DNA of 64,000 bases from Octopus vulgaris (Eukaryota). The notes under the pieces are model-generated. The model was not told the DNA's origin. It worked only from the letters and a program-made list of their open reading frames with translations, and searched no databases. The position numbers and the translations under genes were made by a program. The stretch spans positions 15,748,001 to 15,812,000 of the forward strand of contig OX597826.1 of the NCBI GenBank assembly GCA_951406725.2, in the 5' to 3' direction. Positions 1-11,287 of the stretch are shown piece after piece; positions within the stretch are counted from its first letter, which is position 1, and every line of letters begins with the position of its first letter.

Positions 1-268
1 AGTTGAATAGTTGTGCTCCTCAAACCAACAGACTTGATTCTCGCAGGGTTTTTGCTGCCTGGCCAGCCTTTTTGTTGATTGGTGGTAGCTGGCAGCGTCT
101 TCCGTGGCGCAGTGAGTGGTAGGTTTTGATACCAAAGTTTTGCACCTTTTGCTCTATCATTTTCCAAATGTATATAATTCGGTATCGCTCAAATCTTCTT
201 TCTATTATAATGTTTAATATAGCTTAATATATTAATATATCACTATAGTGTATTTTTGTATTGATATA

Positions 269-1467
269 CAGGGTGCGTAAGGTATTTGAGGACATACCAC
301 TTTTGGCTCATTGCTATAATCTTTCTTTCAGAAAATAACAGTAGCAGACCCTCAGCTTACAAAAGAAATGAAGAGGCATGCCGTTATTTTGGTTATAAAG
401 GCTAAGCATAGCGATATAGAATTATTTTGACTTTTAAAAGTTGCCAGATCTTTCGTCTACAAAGTTTGTAAGGAACTAGAGACTGTAGATGGCAAGTTAT
501 CACCAGTAACAAAACAGAAAAAAACATTCTAAACGCTCTGAATTCATCAGAACACCTGAATTTATCCAGTAGGTTCAACATATCATTGATTACAAACCCA
601 AAATGTCTATGAGGTCAATTGCAATATATATCCATGTATTAGGAGGAACAGTCGGAAATGTTGTCGTCAGATATATGTCCTATATGATAAGAAATGATCA
701 ATTTGTCAGATAAACCAATCGAAAATCATTACATCAGATCTAAAAGGTTCTTAAACAGACTGAAAACTGCAACAGAAGAAGATCTGATTTGGTTTTTCTC
801 AAACGAGAAAAAATTCGACCAAGATCAAAGAGTTAAGAGAAGAAATGGCAGATAGTTATGTGCAGACCCTTCTGAAGTTCCAAATGTTATGCATTTCCTA
901 CAACTATCAATGTTTTGGGAGTTCTCAGCAGTAAAGGACATGTGATGCCTCCTTACTTTTTTCCACAAGGCCTTAGAGTTGACACTGCCGCCTACATTGA
1001 TGTCCTGGAAATAATTGTTAAGCCCTGGATAGAGAGCGTATGCATTGGAAGGGCATGTGTGTTTCAGTAAGACACTGCACTATCACACATTGCTCTAGTA
1101 ATACAGTAATGGATGGCTGAAAATCGCATAACCCTTAACATTTGGCCTCCTAATTCCCCAGATCTCAATCCATTGCATTATTGAGGAGAGCTGTTTAGAG
1201 AGAGGTCAAAGAAATACTCTCATAACAACAAACATACTTTGAAAGATGCCATTGTCAAAGTAATGTTCAAAGTGATCCAGGACCACTTGATTTGGGCATG
1301 TAGATGATTAGATCTCATATAGAAGCAGATGTTGAAGCTGAAGGTGGCTTTATTGAATAACAATATATCAACTTGATAGCATTATTTGATAAATAAAGTT
1401 ATCTGTTATTATATATCTGTCTTTTTTTATAAAGATAAATATATCCTTAAATATCGTACACACCCGG
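269..1467 (+). mobile_element. Degenerate Tc1/mariner-superfamily DNA transposon (maT/DD37D-like)
   Basis: TA flanks at 267-268 and 1468-1469. Imperfect 27-bp TIRs: CAGGGTGCGTAAGGTATTTGAGGACAT versus the reverse complement CCGGGTGTGTACGATATTTAAGGATAT. Broken transposase motifs FFSNEKKF (~793), FQ*DTA (~1062) and WPPNSPDLNPLHY (~1143). Confidence 0.85.
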
Positions 1468-1472
1468 TATGC

Positions 1473-1525
<53 letters not shown>

Positions 1526-1526
<1 letters not shown>

Positions 1527-1921
1527 TAGCAGTATCGCCCGGCGTTGCTCGGGTTTGTAAGGGAAATAACTATATAAGCATTTTTAGAGAGTTATAGCCA
1601 TAAAATAGGAAAAAAATGCATTAAAAATGGAAAAAAAATTAAGGTAAATTTCTTTTTAAATCGTTGACACATCGTAGATATTTTTAGAGAGTTACTTCCC
1701 TTATATAATAGCGAAAAAATGCATTAAAATGGAAAAATATGATGGTAATTTTTTTTAAATCGTAGACTCATCGTAGACGCGCGCTAATACCCAGAAGGGC
1801 TCGATATGACTCACGACTATAAGATACCCGGTTTTGGTTACACTGCACCGCAAAATGTGGGAGTAGTTAGGAATCTAAATCGTAGGAGACAGACACACAA
1901 CTTCACTCTTATATATAAAGA
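1526..1921 (-). mobile_element. Non-autonomous Helitron inserted in (TA)n
   Basis: On the minus strand it starts with TC (TCTTTATATATAAG) and ends with CTAG, preceded by a GC-rich hairpin (CCCGAGCAACGCCGGG). It sits between A and T and carries an internal ~100-bp tandem duplication (1581-1777). Confidence 0.85.
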
Positions 1922-2033
1922 TATAAGTCACGTAGTTATATACACATACTTTGTTATATACGCATTCTTAAAAGAAAATGTTATTTTGAATACAACATTT
2001 ATAAAGAATAAAATATTTTTTGGTTTTTCTTAA

Positions 2034-2790
2034 CCCTTTCGTTACTATATTTCTGACCAAAATACACCCCTTATGTGTTTCAATTAATTTCTAACGTAGT
2101 CATAAATTTAGTCTGGTTTCATTAAACAACAATAACTTTTTTATTTATCAATATATTAACGTGAACTTTGGAAGATAATTTAATGAAATGTCCTCAACCA
2201 ATTGTATACTATAATTTTTGTCACAAAGTGACTCTAATTGCAGGTAGATACAGGTAAATTCAACAATATATAAAATTATTAAAATTTTGTTCAAACATCG
2301 CTATAGAAAATGGGTTATTATCTAATATTCAATTGGGTATACAACAAAATTTTACGATAGAATTTGTTATTCTGGGTAACTTTCTGATACCCATAATAAT
2401 ATTTATGGCAAAATAGGCCTTAATTTCATTTAAGGTTGTGGGAAATAACAAACTATCCTTTCTTTCGTTTTGTTTACGTTTAGCGTAACGTTTCGTTTCT
2501 GCCGTAATGATTTCAAATGGGCTTATTCGAAAAAGTAAATAGAAATAGTCTAAGGCTTTACTCTTCTGGGAAAGTCTGTGGCTTGGTGCAGTTTCTTCAG
2601 AAAAATCACCGAAAGAAACAGTTTTTAAATTTTCACTCCATTCAGGTACCATTTCGTTTTCTTTATCGCTGTCGGATTCACTGTTTTCACTTTAATAGCT
2701 GCAAACTTGCAAAGACAAAGGAGGAGAAGGGTGATAGCGTCAGTGAAACAATTCGCTCCCTTTGTGTGTGTGTGTGCATTTGCGTGTGAT
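2034..2790 (-). mobile_element. piggyBac remnant with N-terminal transposase fragment
   Basis: TTAA|CCCTTTCGTTAC terminus at 2030-2045. ORF 2329-2652 (LDYFYLLF...EIITAETKRYA...PTTLNEIKAYFAINIIMGIRKLPRI) matches the N-terminal part of piggyBac/PGBD transposases. The right boundary is approximate. Confidence 0.8.
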
Positions 2791-2799
2791 GTAAACCAC

Positions 2800-3011
2800 A
2801 TTAAGAAAAACATTTGACATACACACCAGAATGTGAGTTTTCTGTAAATTTTGCTTAATTGGAGTTTAAATTTTAAAAACTGGACCTGGCATGACCCGAT
2901 GCATTCTACTCTTAAAAATGCTAGGTAAGTTGTAATTGAAGAAATCCTATATTGTAGATTTCTATAACTTACAAAGGGAGGCAGATAAAATCTGCCTTTT
3001 ATAATAAGAGA
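2800..3011 (-). mobile_element. Probable 5' end of a second non-autonomous Helitron family
   Basis: The minus strand begins A|TCTCTTATTATAAAAG next to (TA)n, resembling the 5' end at 1921. Short hairpin AGGCAGAT-AAA-ATCTGCCT. No 3' CTAG end was found. Confidence 0.45.
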
Positions 3012-3036
3012 TGTATGTATATATATATATATATAT

Positions 3037-5467
3037 ATCAACAATAAAGGAACGGCCATAATAGGCCATTCACCCACTAGAAATAACAGCCAAAGCTTCA
3101 ACCGCAAATAAAAGTTAATTCAGTAAACGAGGAGAAAATTAAAAAAAACATTTACCCTGTAATTTCTTATACGATATACCGTTTCATCTGCTGATTAATG
3201 GTAAACTAACCTGATTAAATTAAATCAAGCCAATCTTCCACAGGCCCTCAGATTCTTCAGTAAGAAATAGCCCAAGACGGAACAGATATTTTCACGAGGC
3301 ATTTCCGACGTTGCCAAGTTAATATCTGACCTAAAATTTTCAAATCGTCGCACTCGCGCCAAATTTATAGGCAGCAAATAAATATAAGCCGTCGATTCCA
3401 TTACGGAATCAACCAGAAAATTCATAATTAATCAATATAGGGTGGCAAAAAAAATTTGTAGAATTCTTTTGCCACCAGCGGCCTAGTAGGAAAAAATTAA
3501 AATAGTCATAGACCATTTTTAAGTTCAACATCAACAATAAAGGAACGGCCATAATAGGCCATTCACCCACTAGAAATAACAGCCAAAGCTTCAACCGCAA
3601 ATAAAAGTTAATTCCGTAAACCAGGAGAAAATTTAAAAACATTTACCCTGTAATTTCTTATACGATATACCGTTTCATCTGCTGATTAATGGTAAACTAA
3701 CCTGATTAAATTAAATCAAGCCAATCTTCCACAGGCCCTCAGATTCTTCAGTAAGAAATAGCCCAAGACGGAACAGATATTTTCACGAGGCATTTCCGAC
3801 GTTGCCAAGTTAATATCTGACCTAAAATTTTCAAATCGTCGCACTCGCGCCAAATTTATCGGCAGCAAATAAATATAAGCCGTCGATTCCATTACGGAAT
3901 CAACCAGAAAATTCATAATTAATCAATATAGGGTGGCAAAAAAATTTTGTAGAATTCTTTTGCCACCAGCGGCCTAGTAGGAAAAAATTAAAATAGTCAT
4001 AGACCATTTTTAAGTTCAACATCAACAATAAAGGAACGGCCATAATAGGCCATTCACCCACTAGAAATAACAGCCAAAGCTTCAACGGCAAATAAAAGTT
4101 AATTCAGTAAACCAGGAGAAAATTTAAAAACATTTACCCTGTAATTTCTTATACGATATACCGTTTCATCTGCTGATTAATGGTAAACTAACCTGATTAA
4201 ATTAAATCAAGCCAATCTTCCACAGGCCCTCAGATTCTTCAGTAAGAAATAGCCCAAGACGGAACAGATATTTTCACGAGGCATTTCCGACGTTGCCAAG
4301 TTAATATCTGACCTAAAATTTTCAAATCGTCGCACTCGCGCCAAATTTATCGGCAGCAAATAAATATAAGCCGTCGATTCCATTACGGAATCAACCAGAA
4401 AATTCATAATTAATCAATATAGGGTGGCAAAAAAAATTTGTAGAATTCTTTTGCCACCAGCGGCCACCCTATATTGATTAATTATGAATTTTCTGGTTGA
4501 TTCCGTAATGGAATCGACGGCTTATATTTATTTGCTGCCGATAAATTTGGCGCGAGTGCGACGATTTGAAAATTTTAGGTCAGATATTAACTTGGCAACG
4601 TCGGAAATGCCTCGTGAAAATATCTGTTCCGTCTTGGGCTATTTCTTACTGAAGAATCTGAGGGCCTGTGGAAGATTGGCTTGATTTAATTTAATCAGGT
4701 TAGTTTACCATTAATCAGCAGATGAAACGGTATATCGTATAAGAAATTACAGGGTAAATGTTTTTTTAAATTTTCTCCTGGTTTACTGAATTAACTTTTA
4801 TTTGCGGTTGAAGCTTTGGCTGTTATTTCTAGTGGGTGAATGGCCTATTATGGCCGTTCCTTTATTGTTGATGTTGAACTTAAAAATGGTCTATGACTAT
4901 TTTAATTTTTTCCTACTAGCCGCTGGTGGCAAAAGAATTCTACAAAATTTTTTTTGCCACCCTATATTGATTAATTATGAATTTTCTGGTTGATTCCGTA
5001 ATGGAATCGACGGCTTATATTTATTTGCTGCCGATAAATTTGGCGCGAGTGCGACGATTTGAAAATTTTAGGTCAGATATTAACTTGGCAACGTCGGAAA
5101 TGCCTCGTGAAAATATCTGTTCCGTCTTGGGCTATTTCTTACTGAAGAATCTGAGGGCCTGTGGAAGATTGGCTTGATTTAATTTAATCAGGTTAGTTTA
5201 CCATTAATCAGCAGATGAAACGGTATATCGTATAAGAAATTTCAGGGTAAATGTTTTTTAAATTTTCTCCTGGTTTACTGAATTAACTTTTATTTGCGGT
5301 TGAAGCTTTGGCTGTTATTTCTAGTGGGTGAATGGCCTATTATGGCCGTTCCTTTATTGTTGATGTTGAACTTAAAAATGGTCTATGACTATTTTAATTT
5401 TTTCCTACTAGGCCGCTGGTGGCAAAATAATTCTACAAAATTTTTTTTGCCACGCTATATTGATTAA
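3037..5467. repeat. 491-bp tandem array with internal inversion (~2.9 units in one orientation, then ~2 in the other), flanked by (TA)n
   Basis: An identical 66-aa spurious ORF recurs at 3225, 3716 and 4207 (-) and at 4484 and 4977 (+). The strand switches at 4463-4465 (GCC microhomology). Confidence 0.97.
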
Positions 5468-5539
<72 letters not shown>

Positions 5540-5645
5540 TGAACTTCACAGAAGTTCCCGCCGTTAAAGGTCATATTTACATACCGAAATCTACCGGTAA
5601 ATAATTGTTGGTTGTCTGAAAACCATCGAAGAAATTATTTACCCT

Positions 5646-5676
<31 letters not shown>

Positions 5677-5745
5677 ATAGATATTGATATAGATATAAAT
5701 ATAGATATGTATACGTATGTATCCCGCTGTTTGTCTTTCAGTATG

Positions 5746-5803
<58 letters not shown>

Positions 5804-7074
5804 CTTATATAATTTTATGTGTGTGTATGTGTGTATGTACCAGAATGCTTCATAGGTGAAAAGCAATAACAGTATTTCTAGTTGTAATAGTAGAAATTGC
5901 AAAAATAGTGTATTGAGGGGTCAAAACATATTTCAGTGTATACGCGTCGCTTGAATCCCGTTTAATTTTTTGGAAGATTTGAGAAAAATTTATCGCATAT
6001 GAATTCCGATTGAGTATAAAACAAAGCATATCTTCACCTCACTATTCGTCTTTCTGAATTAATTTTCCTCCTTATTTCTCTCACTCTTTGTATTTCCTGT
6101 TAGTTCTCTGACACATGGTTTATCTGTAATGAGCACCATACTATCTTTCAGTCTCCTTATTAAAGATATTAAAGTTCTGATATCGATTTTGCTTTTCTTT
6201 TATACTTACATAATTGTTTTAGGGCTCAGATATTGGCCATAGTCTTTTTGTGGGATTTAGAATTATTTCCTTTCATTCGGATGCTATATAAATGCCATTT
6301 GTTATTTTCATATAAGCTGTCATTGTAAAACAGACAAAATATACGAAATACAAATAAAATTTAATATATGAACTGGTAAATTAATCTGTGAAATTGGCAT
6401 AAAGAAGTAGAAAACAACAAAAACCTGCTTCCATAGCAACGAAAGGCTGCGTCATTGCCACAAGTATTTCATTTCTCTCTGATCTACTATGCACAAGAGA
6501 GTCTGATCGGAATCCCATCTCTGAAATCGTTTCAGTGCTGACATCAATAAAATGCATACGCTGACGCAAATACTTCAAATTGGCGCCAGACAAAAAGGAA
6601 AAAAATAAATAATATAGGATACTAGAGGAATGACATATTTTTACAACAGCATTAATAAGATATTTTATGCAGCTGTATTTCTTCAGATGAATTTGGAAAT
6701 AGAAATAGTGATGAAAGGCATCGAGATAACACCAGTAATTACTCCGAATACTGCAAAGAATGGTTTTACTTAATACTTCAAGAATATTCCAACTTTTCTT
6801 AGATACAAACAACTAAATCACAAAGAAAAAAAAAGAAACACGTTTTACACATACTGGTACACATATATTTACATATATATATGTATATCTGTAGTAATAT
6901 ATACACACAGACACACATACTCACACGTACTAACAATCATGTATAGATGTATAAGTAGAGTGTAGAGCAAGAAAAAGATTTTCAATTCTTAATCAGAGGC
7001 AGTTTTTACGCATTCATTTTTACCTTATTCTGTTTACCAGTATATTTCTCTTTGCTCATAAACTTCACTCACTA

Positions 7075-7133
<59 letters not shown>

Positions 7134-7198
7134 AATATACACACACAAATATATACATGCATATGCATGTATTTGTATGTGTGTTAGTACGTAAATAC

Positions 7199-7383
7199 AG
7201 GCGCAGGCGTCGCTGTTAAGTAACAGGCTTGATTCCCAACTACATGATTTTGGGTTCAGTCAGACTGCGTGAGAAATTGGGCAAGTGCCTTCATCTATAG
7301 CCGCGACGAAGCCATAGTGGTGGATTTGGTAGACGGAAACTGAATGAAGCCCGTCCTATATATATATATATATATATATATAT
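7199..7383 (+). mobile_element. tRNA-derived SINE, family A (5' half, ending in its internal (TA)n)
   Basis: GGCGCAGG head followed by TTGGGCAAGTG...GTGGATTTGGTAGACGGAAACTGAA...AGCCCGTC(TA)n, shared with the copies at 14576, 33065 and 60083. Confidence 0.8.
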
Positions 7384-7384
7384 C

Positions 7385-8243
7385 CATTCACGGAAGCAAA
7401 GGAATTTCGTAGAAAGGAGGTGAACCTGAAGAATTTGAGAAGTTTCGAAAACATGGTGGATAGGATGGTTGCGATGTGTACTCCGTGAAAGACAAGAAGA
7501 TTACATCGGAGGCAACAGAAATAAATGAGAGAACATTGAGGCCAATTTGGCGAGATAAGTTATATCTCGCCAGAGGAAGCCGTTTCGGATGTGTAAACGT
7601 TCATTTTAGAAGTACGGAGAAAGCAAGGGAACACTCGGTAACGCCCATGAAGACGGACAAAGTGGTCCACCTACCAACGTACCTAGGAAGAAGGACTACC
7701 AGAGTCAAGGTGGAGGAAATTCCCCCGGAAATAGACGTAGCTTGTGTGGCAGCAGCAGTGCTTCTCTGAAACGTAGTGACAGTCATTCACGAAGACACAG
7801 AACTAGATATAAGCATATATCTAGTTCTGTGTCTTCGTGAATGACTGTCACTACGTTTCAGAGAAGCACTGCTGCTGCCACACAAGCTACGTCTATTTCC
7901 GGGGGAATTTCCTCCACCTTGACTCTGGTAGTCCTTCTTCCTAGGTACGTTGGTAGGTGGACCACTTTGTCCGTCTTCATGGGCGTTACCGAGTGTTCCC
8001 TTGCTTTCTCCGTACTTCTAAAATGAACGTTTACACATCCGAAACGGCTTCCTCTGGCGAGATATAACTTATCTCGCCAAATTGGCCTCAATGTTCTCTC
8101 ATTTATTTCTGTTGCCTCCGATGTAATCTTCTTGTCTTTCACGGAGTACACATCGCAACCATCCCTATCCACCATGTTTTCGAAACTTCTCAAATTCTTC
8201 AGGTTCACCTCCTTTCTACGAAATTCCTTTGCTTCCGTGAATG
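7385..8243. repeat. Near-perfect ~427-bp-arm palindrome with a 4-nt loop
   Basis: 7385-7811 is the reverse complement of 7816-8243, with loop AGCA and one visible 1-bp indel (GGATAGG versus GGATAGGG). Mirrored ORFs at 7476-7769(+) and 7858-8364(-). Confidence 0.97.
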
Positions 8244-9250
8244 TCTTCCCTTCCAAATGCTTGTGCATTTTCTGCACCGCTCTCACGAGCTCCTCCTCCG
8301 ATGACAACAACTCGTATTCGCTGATATCTGAATATACAAAATTAGCCGAGAGAAACCTAGCCATCTCTCACGGAGAAAAAAACACAGCTAAACCGCTGCA
8401 AACCAGCAAAAAGAATAACAACTCAACAATTAAAACTCCAAGTAATCGAACAGGAAACACACACAGAGCAAAATTTTATGAAAATGATTTTTTATTACCC
8501 ACAAGGGGCCAAGGAAGTGTGGATATTACACGGACTTGTGGGCAAATAGAACGTATAAAAGAAAACAAAAAACGTATGATATAATGCATAAAAAATGAAA
8601 ATGATATATAGAAATGGGCTACCTGAGACCCTTACATCATTCAGTCCTTCGTTCTCTTCCATATTGCAGTCAGTTCTCCAAACTGAATAACCACTTTTGT
8701 ATTCGTATATTCCCTTCAATCTACTCTTAGGCACCGCAAAACATTTGTACCATGATTTTCCTTCTGAGTTCTCTCGTTTTCTTTCCTTCAACTTTGCCAT
8801 TTTACTTAACAAGTCTGCATCAACTTCCTCAGACATTATAACTAAATCACAATTGGCAGAGGAGGTTTGTGATTTCTTGTGTGTCAGCACTTCTTTTTTT
8901 CTATTTAATTTTTGTCGGAGTGAATGGGTGTGTGTGGTGTCTGCGGGGGGAGGGTTGGGTTGAGAGAGTATGGGTGGGATGGGTATGGGTTGGGGTTCCT
9001 GTTCATTTCGACTCCTTTTCTCTTCTTTCTCTGCGTCACCACCTTCCATCTTCCTTCCTCCTTCTTCTCTGCTGCTTCTTCCATCACCTGTTCCTTTTGA
9101 TCTTCCTCCCGACTTTCCAAGCAATCAAGCAGGAAACACGCACAGAGCCAAATGTTATACACCACCGCATGGCTAAATTGCCAAAATGTTTTCATCGCTT
9201 TGGGAGCACGACCTGTTGCAGCACGGAATTTTGTCAGTGAACAGGTCGCG
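7816..9250 (-). mobile_element. Head-to-tail pieces of a non-LTR element encoding an ORF1-like protein (no ORF2 seen)
   Basis: ORF 7858-8364 (MARFLSANF...GRRTTRVKVEEIPPEID) resembles an RRM-type LINE ORF1. A low-complexity, charged C-terminal piece (8495-9124) runs into an AATAAA-containing tail. A 5' UTR segment is repeated at ~8430-8480 and ~9115-9160. Confidence 0.55.
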
Positions 9251-9297
9251 CTCTCAAAGCGACGAAAATATTTTGGTAAATTAAATTTATGTGTTGA

Positions 9298-10400
9298 AGT
9301 TAGTTAGTTAATTTGGCTCAAAAGCAAATAGCAAGGCCATGTAGGGGGACATGGAGTTAAGTACAGGGTGGTGTTCATGTAAAGAGTTCAGGCCACTTGA
9401 GGTCCAGGGAGGCTTTGAACAAAGCGGTCGTCGGCATCTTCACCATCTCGTCTGGCAGCTTGTTCCACGGATCCGCAACCCGGACGGAGAAAGCTCCTCT
9501 CCTTCGATTGAGATGAAATCGTCGCAGGTATAGCTTTTCGGAATGACCCCGCAGCCGATGCTCTGGAGCAGGAGTGAAGAACAGCTCTTTCGAGAGGTTA
9601 CACTTTCCGCTTATGATGTTGTGGGCGAGAATGAGATCACCACGGCGGCGGCGTTTTTCAAGAGAATAAAGGTCGAGCGTCCTCAGCCTTTCTTCGTAGG
9701 ACAAATTATTGAGACCATGAACCATGCGGGTAGCCAGCTTCTGGACTCTTTCGAGATGCTGTATGTCTTTGAGGAAATAAGGAGAGGAGGCTTGAATCCC
9801 ATACTCCAATATGGGTCTCACCAGCGTGACATAAAGTGGTAGGAATATGGCTGCTGTGAGCATTCCGAATGACCGTCGAATCAAGAACAGAATTCCGCGT
9901 GCTTTGTTGGCAGCATGGACGCACTGGGCTGAAGGCGAAAAGGAGGAATCCACCAAGATACCCAGGTCCTTTACCTGATCGGTCCTCTCCAGCAGCAGAC
10001 GACCCGGCTCGAAATCAAGTTGAGTTGCAGGAGTAGAGCCGACAGGCAGATGACAGCATTTTGACACGTTCAGACACATGTCCCAATCGTTACACCACTT
10101 CCAAATTTGGTGGAGGCATCGACGAAGATCCTCTATATTACCGCGAGGAGCGACCAGTTTGATATCGTCGGCAAATAGAAGGGTGTGTTGCGTGAGGTTG
10201 TCGGGCAAGTCATTTATGAAGACTAAGAACAACAAGGGCCCAAGCACTGAACCTTGAGGCACCCCACTGCTCGCACTGGAGACGTCGGACCGCGAGCCAT
10301 TAACTTGGACTTGGAAGGAGCGATCTGAGAGGAAGGCACCAACCCATCGTACAATATCCGGATGGAAACTATATGCTTGAAGCTTGACAAGTAATAGGTG
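9298..10400 (-). mobile_element. 5'-truncated CR1-group LINE, RT C-terminal half open
   Basis: ORF 9375-10262 has PQGSVLGPLLFL.FINDLP, LFADDIKL, VKDLGILVD, LERVQKLATRMV and RGHSEKL...FSVRVADPWNKLP. A short 3' UTR ends in a (TAAC)n tail. Confidence 0.92.
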
Positions 10401-10763
10401 GTGAATTTGACGGTTTTTGTGTGTATCTTTAAATGACTTATAAACATCTTCACCGCTGTAATTGTTTTTGCTTCAGCTCATCATCTCAGATCAGTCCACT
10501 TGCTATGCAAGTACATCTTCGCAATACATATATGATATTTTTCCTATCATGTCCATAATAGATTTGGGACTATTCGGTGGTACAGAGATATTTTTTGACT
10601 TCTATTTTTAGCGATATATGTACTCATGTAGTACCCTTGTGGATATATATATATATATATATTTACGTATCTAAAATATTGTATGTATCTATTTCATGAA
10701 GTTGCCTGTACGGCTGAGAATTCGCTTACCATTCGTGATGGTATTTTAATAATACCATGTAAT

Positions 10764-10860
10764 ATGTGACAATTATTCGGTAGCCATGATAAAAGTCCGA
10801 GTTTCGGATGCCGAGGTGGAAACTCGGAGTTTTATCATGGCTACCAAACAATTGTCACAT
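10764..10860. repeat. 42-bp-stem hairpin, probably a fold-back remnant of a Penelope-like pLTR
   Basis: ATGTGACAATT...CCGAGTTTC, a 13-nt loop, then GAAACTCGG...AATTGTCACAT, with three mismatches. It lies between (TA)n tracts. The PLE origin is inferred. Confidence 0.7.
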
Positions 10861-10874
10861 TTCCAGATAAATTC

Positions 10875-10920
<46 letters not shown>

Positions 10921-10922
<2 letters not shown>

Positions 10923-11194
10923 TTTGTGACAGATCATGCCTTTCTTTTGCCGGACTCAAATCTCATTTGCGAACCAATGGAAAACGAACCACTACCAACT
11001 ATTCTGCCCACATGACTGTGCAAACCTCTGAATGCAGTGTATGCGACAAGGTGTACAAATAACGCAGGCCTCAAAAGACATTTTAAGATCTACACAGACC
11101 AGAATTAATCTGCCGCTCTTGATGGTCTAAATCGTATGTGCAATCTATGTGGGCGACTCTTCAGAACATTGTTTCGTTTAAAAAGCCCCATCAG
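10921..11194 (+). mobile_element. Decayed C2H2 zinc-finger remnants, probably an RTE-type LINE C-terminus
   Basis: CDRSCLSFAGLKSHLRT, CSVCDKV...GLKRHFKI and [19 protein letters not shown] occur in shifted frames. Confidence 0.55.
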
Positions 11195-11227
11195 ATACAT
11201 ACATACATACATACATACATACATACA

Positions 11228-11287
<60 letters not shown>

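Noticed and set aside
3225-5177. Five identical 66-aa ORFs as a gene cluster
   Set aside because: They are a by-product of the tandem repeat, with no recognisable domain and no evidence of codon-level selection.
3037-5467. CRISPR array or canonical hammerhead in the 491-bp unit
   Set aside because: There are no unique spacers. CTGAAGA lacks a correctly placed GAAA, and CAGATGA and TTGGCAA break invariant core positions.
5538-5648. Short unique island between (TA)n tracts
   Set aside because: It may be a PLE end fragment, but it is too short to assign.
6381-6812. 143-aa minus-strand ORF as a host exon
   Set aside because: Its composition is typical of random AT-rich sequence, with no recognised homology and ambiguous splice signals.
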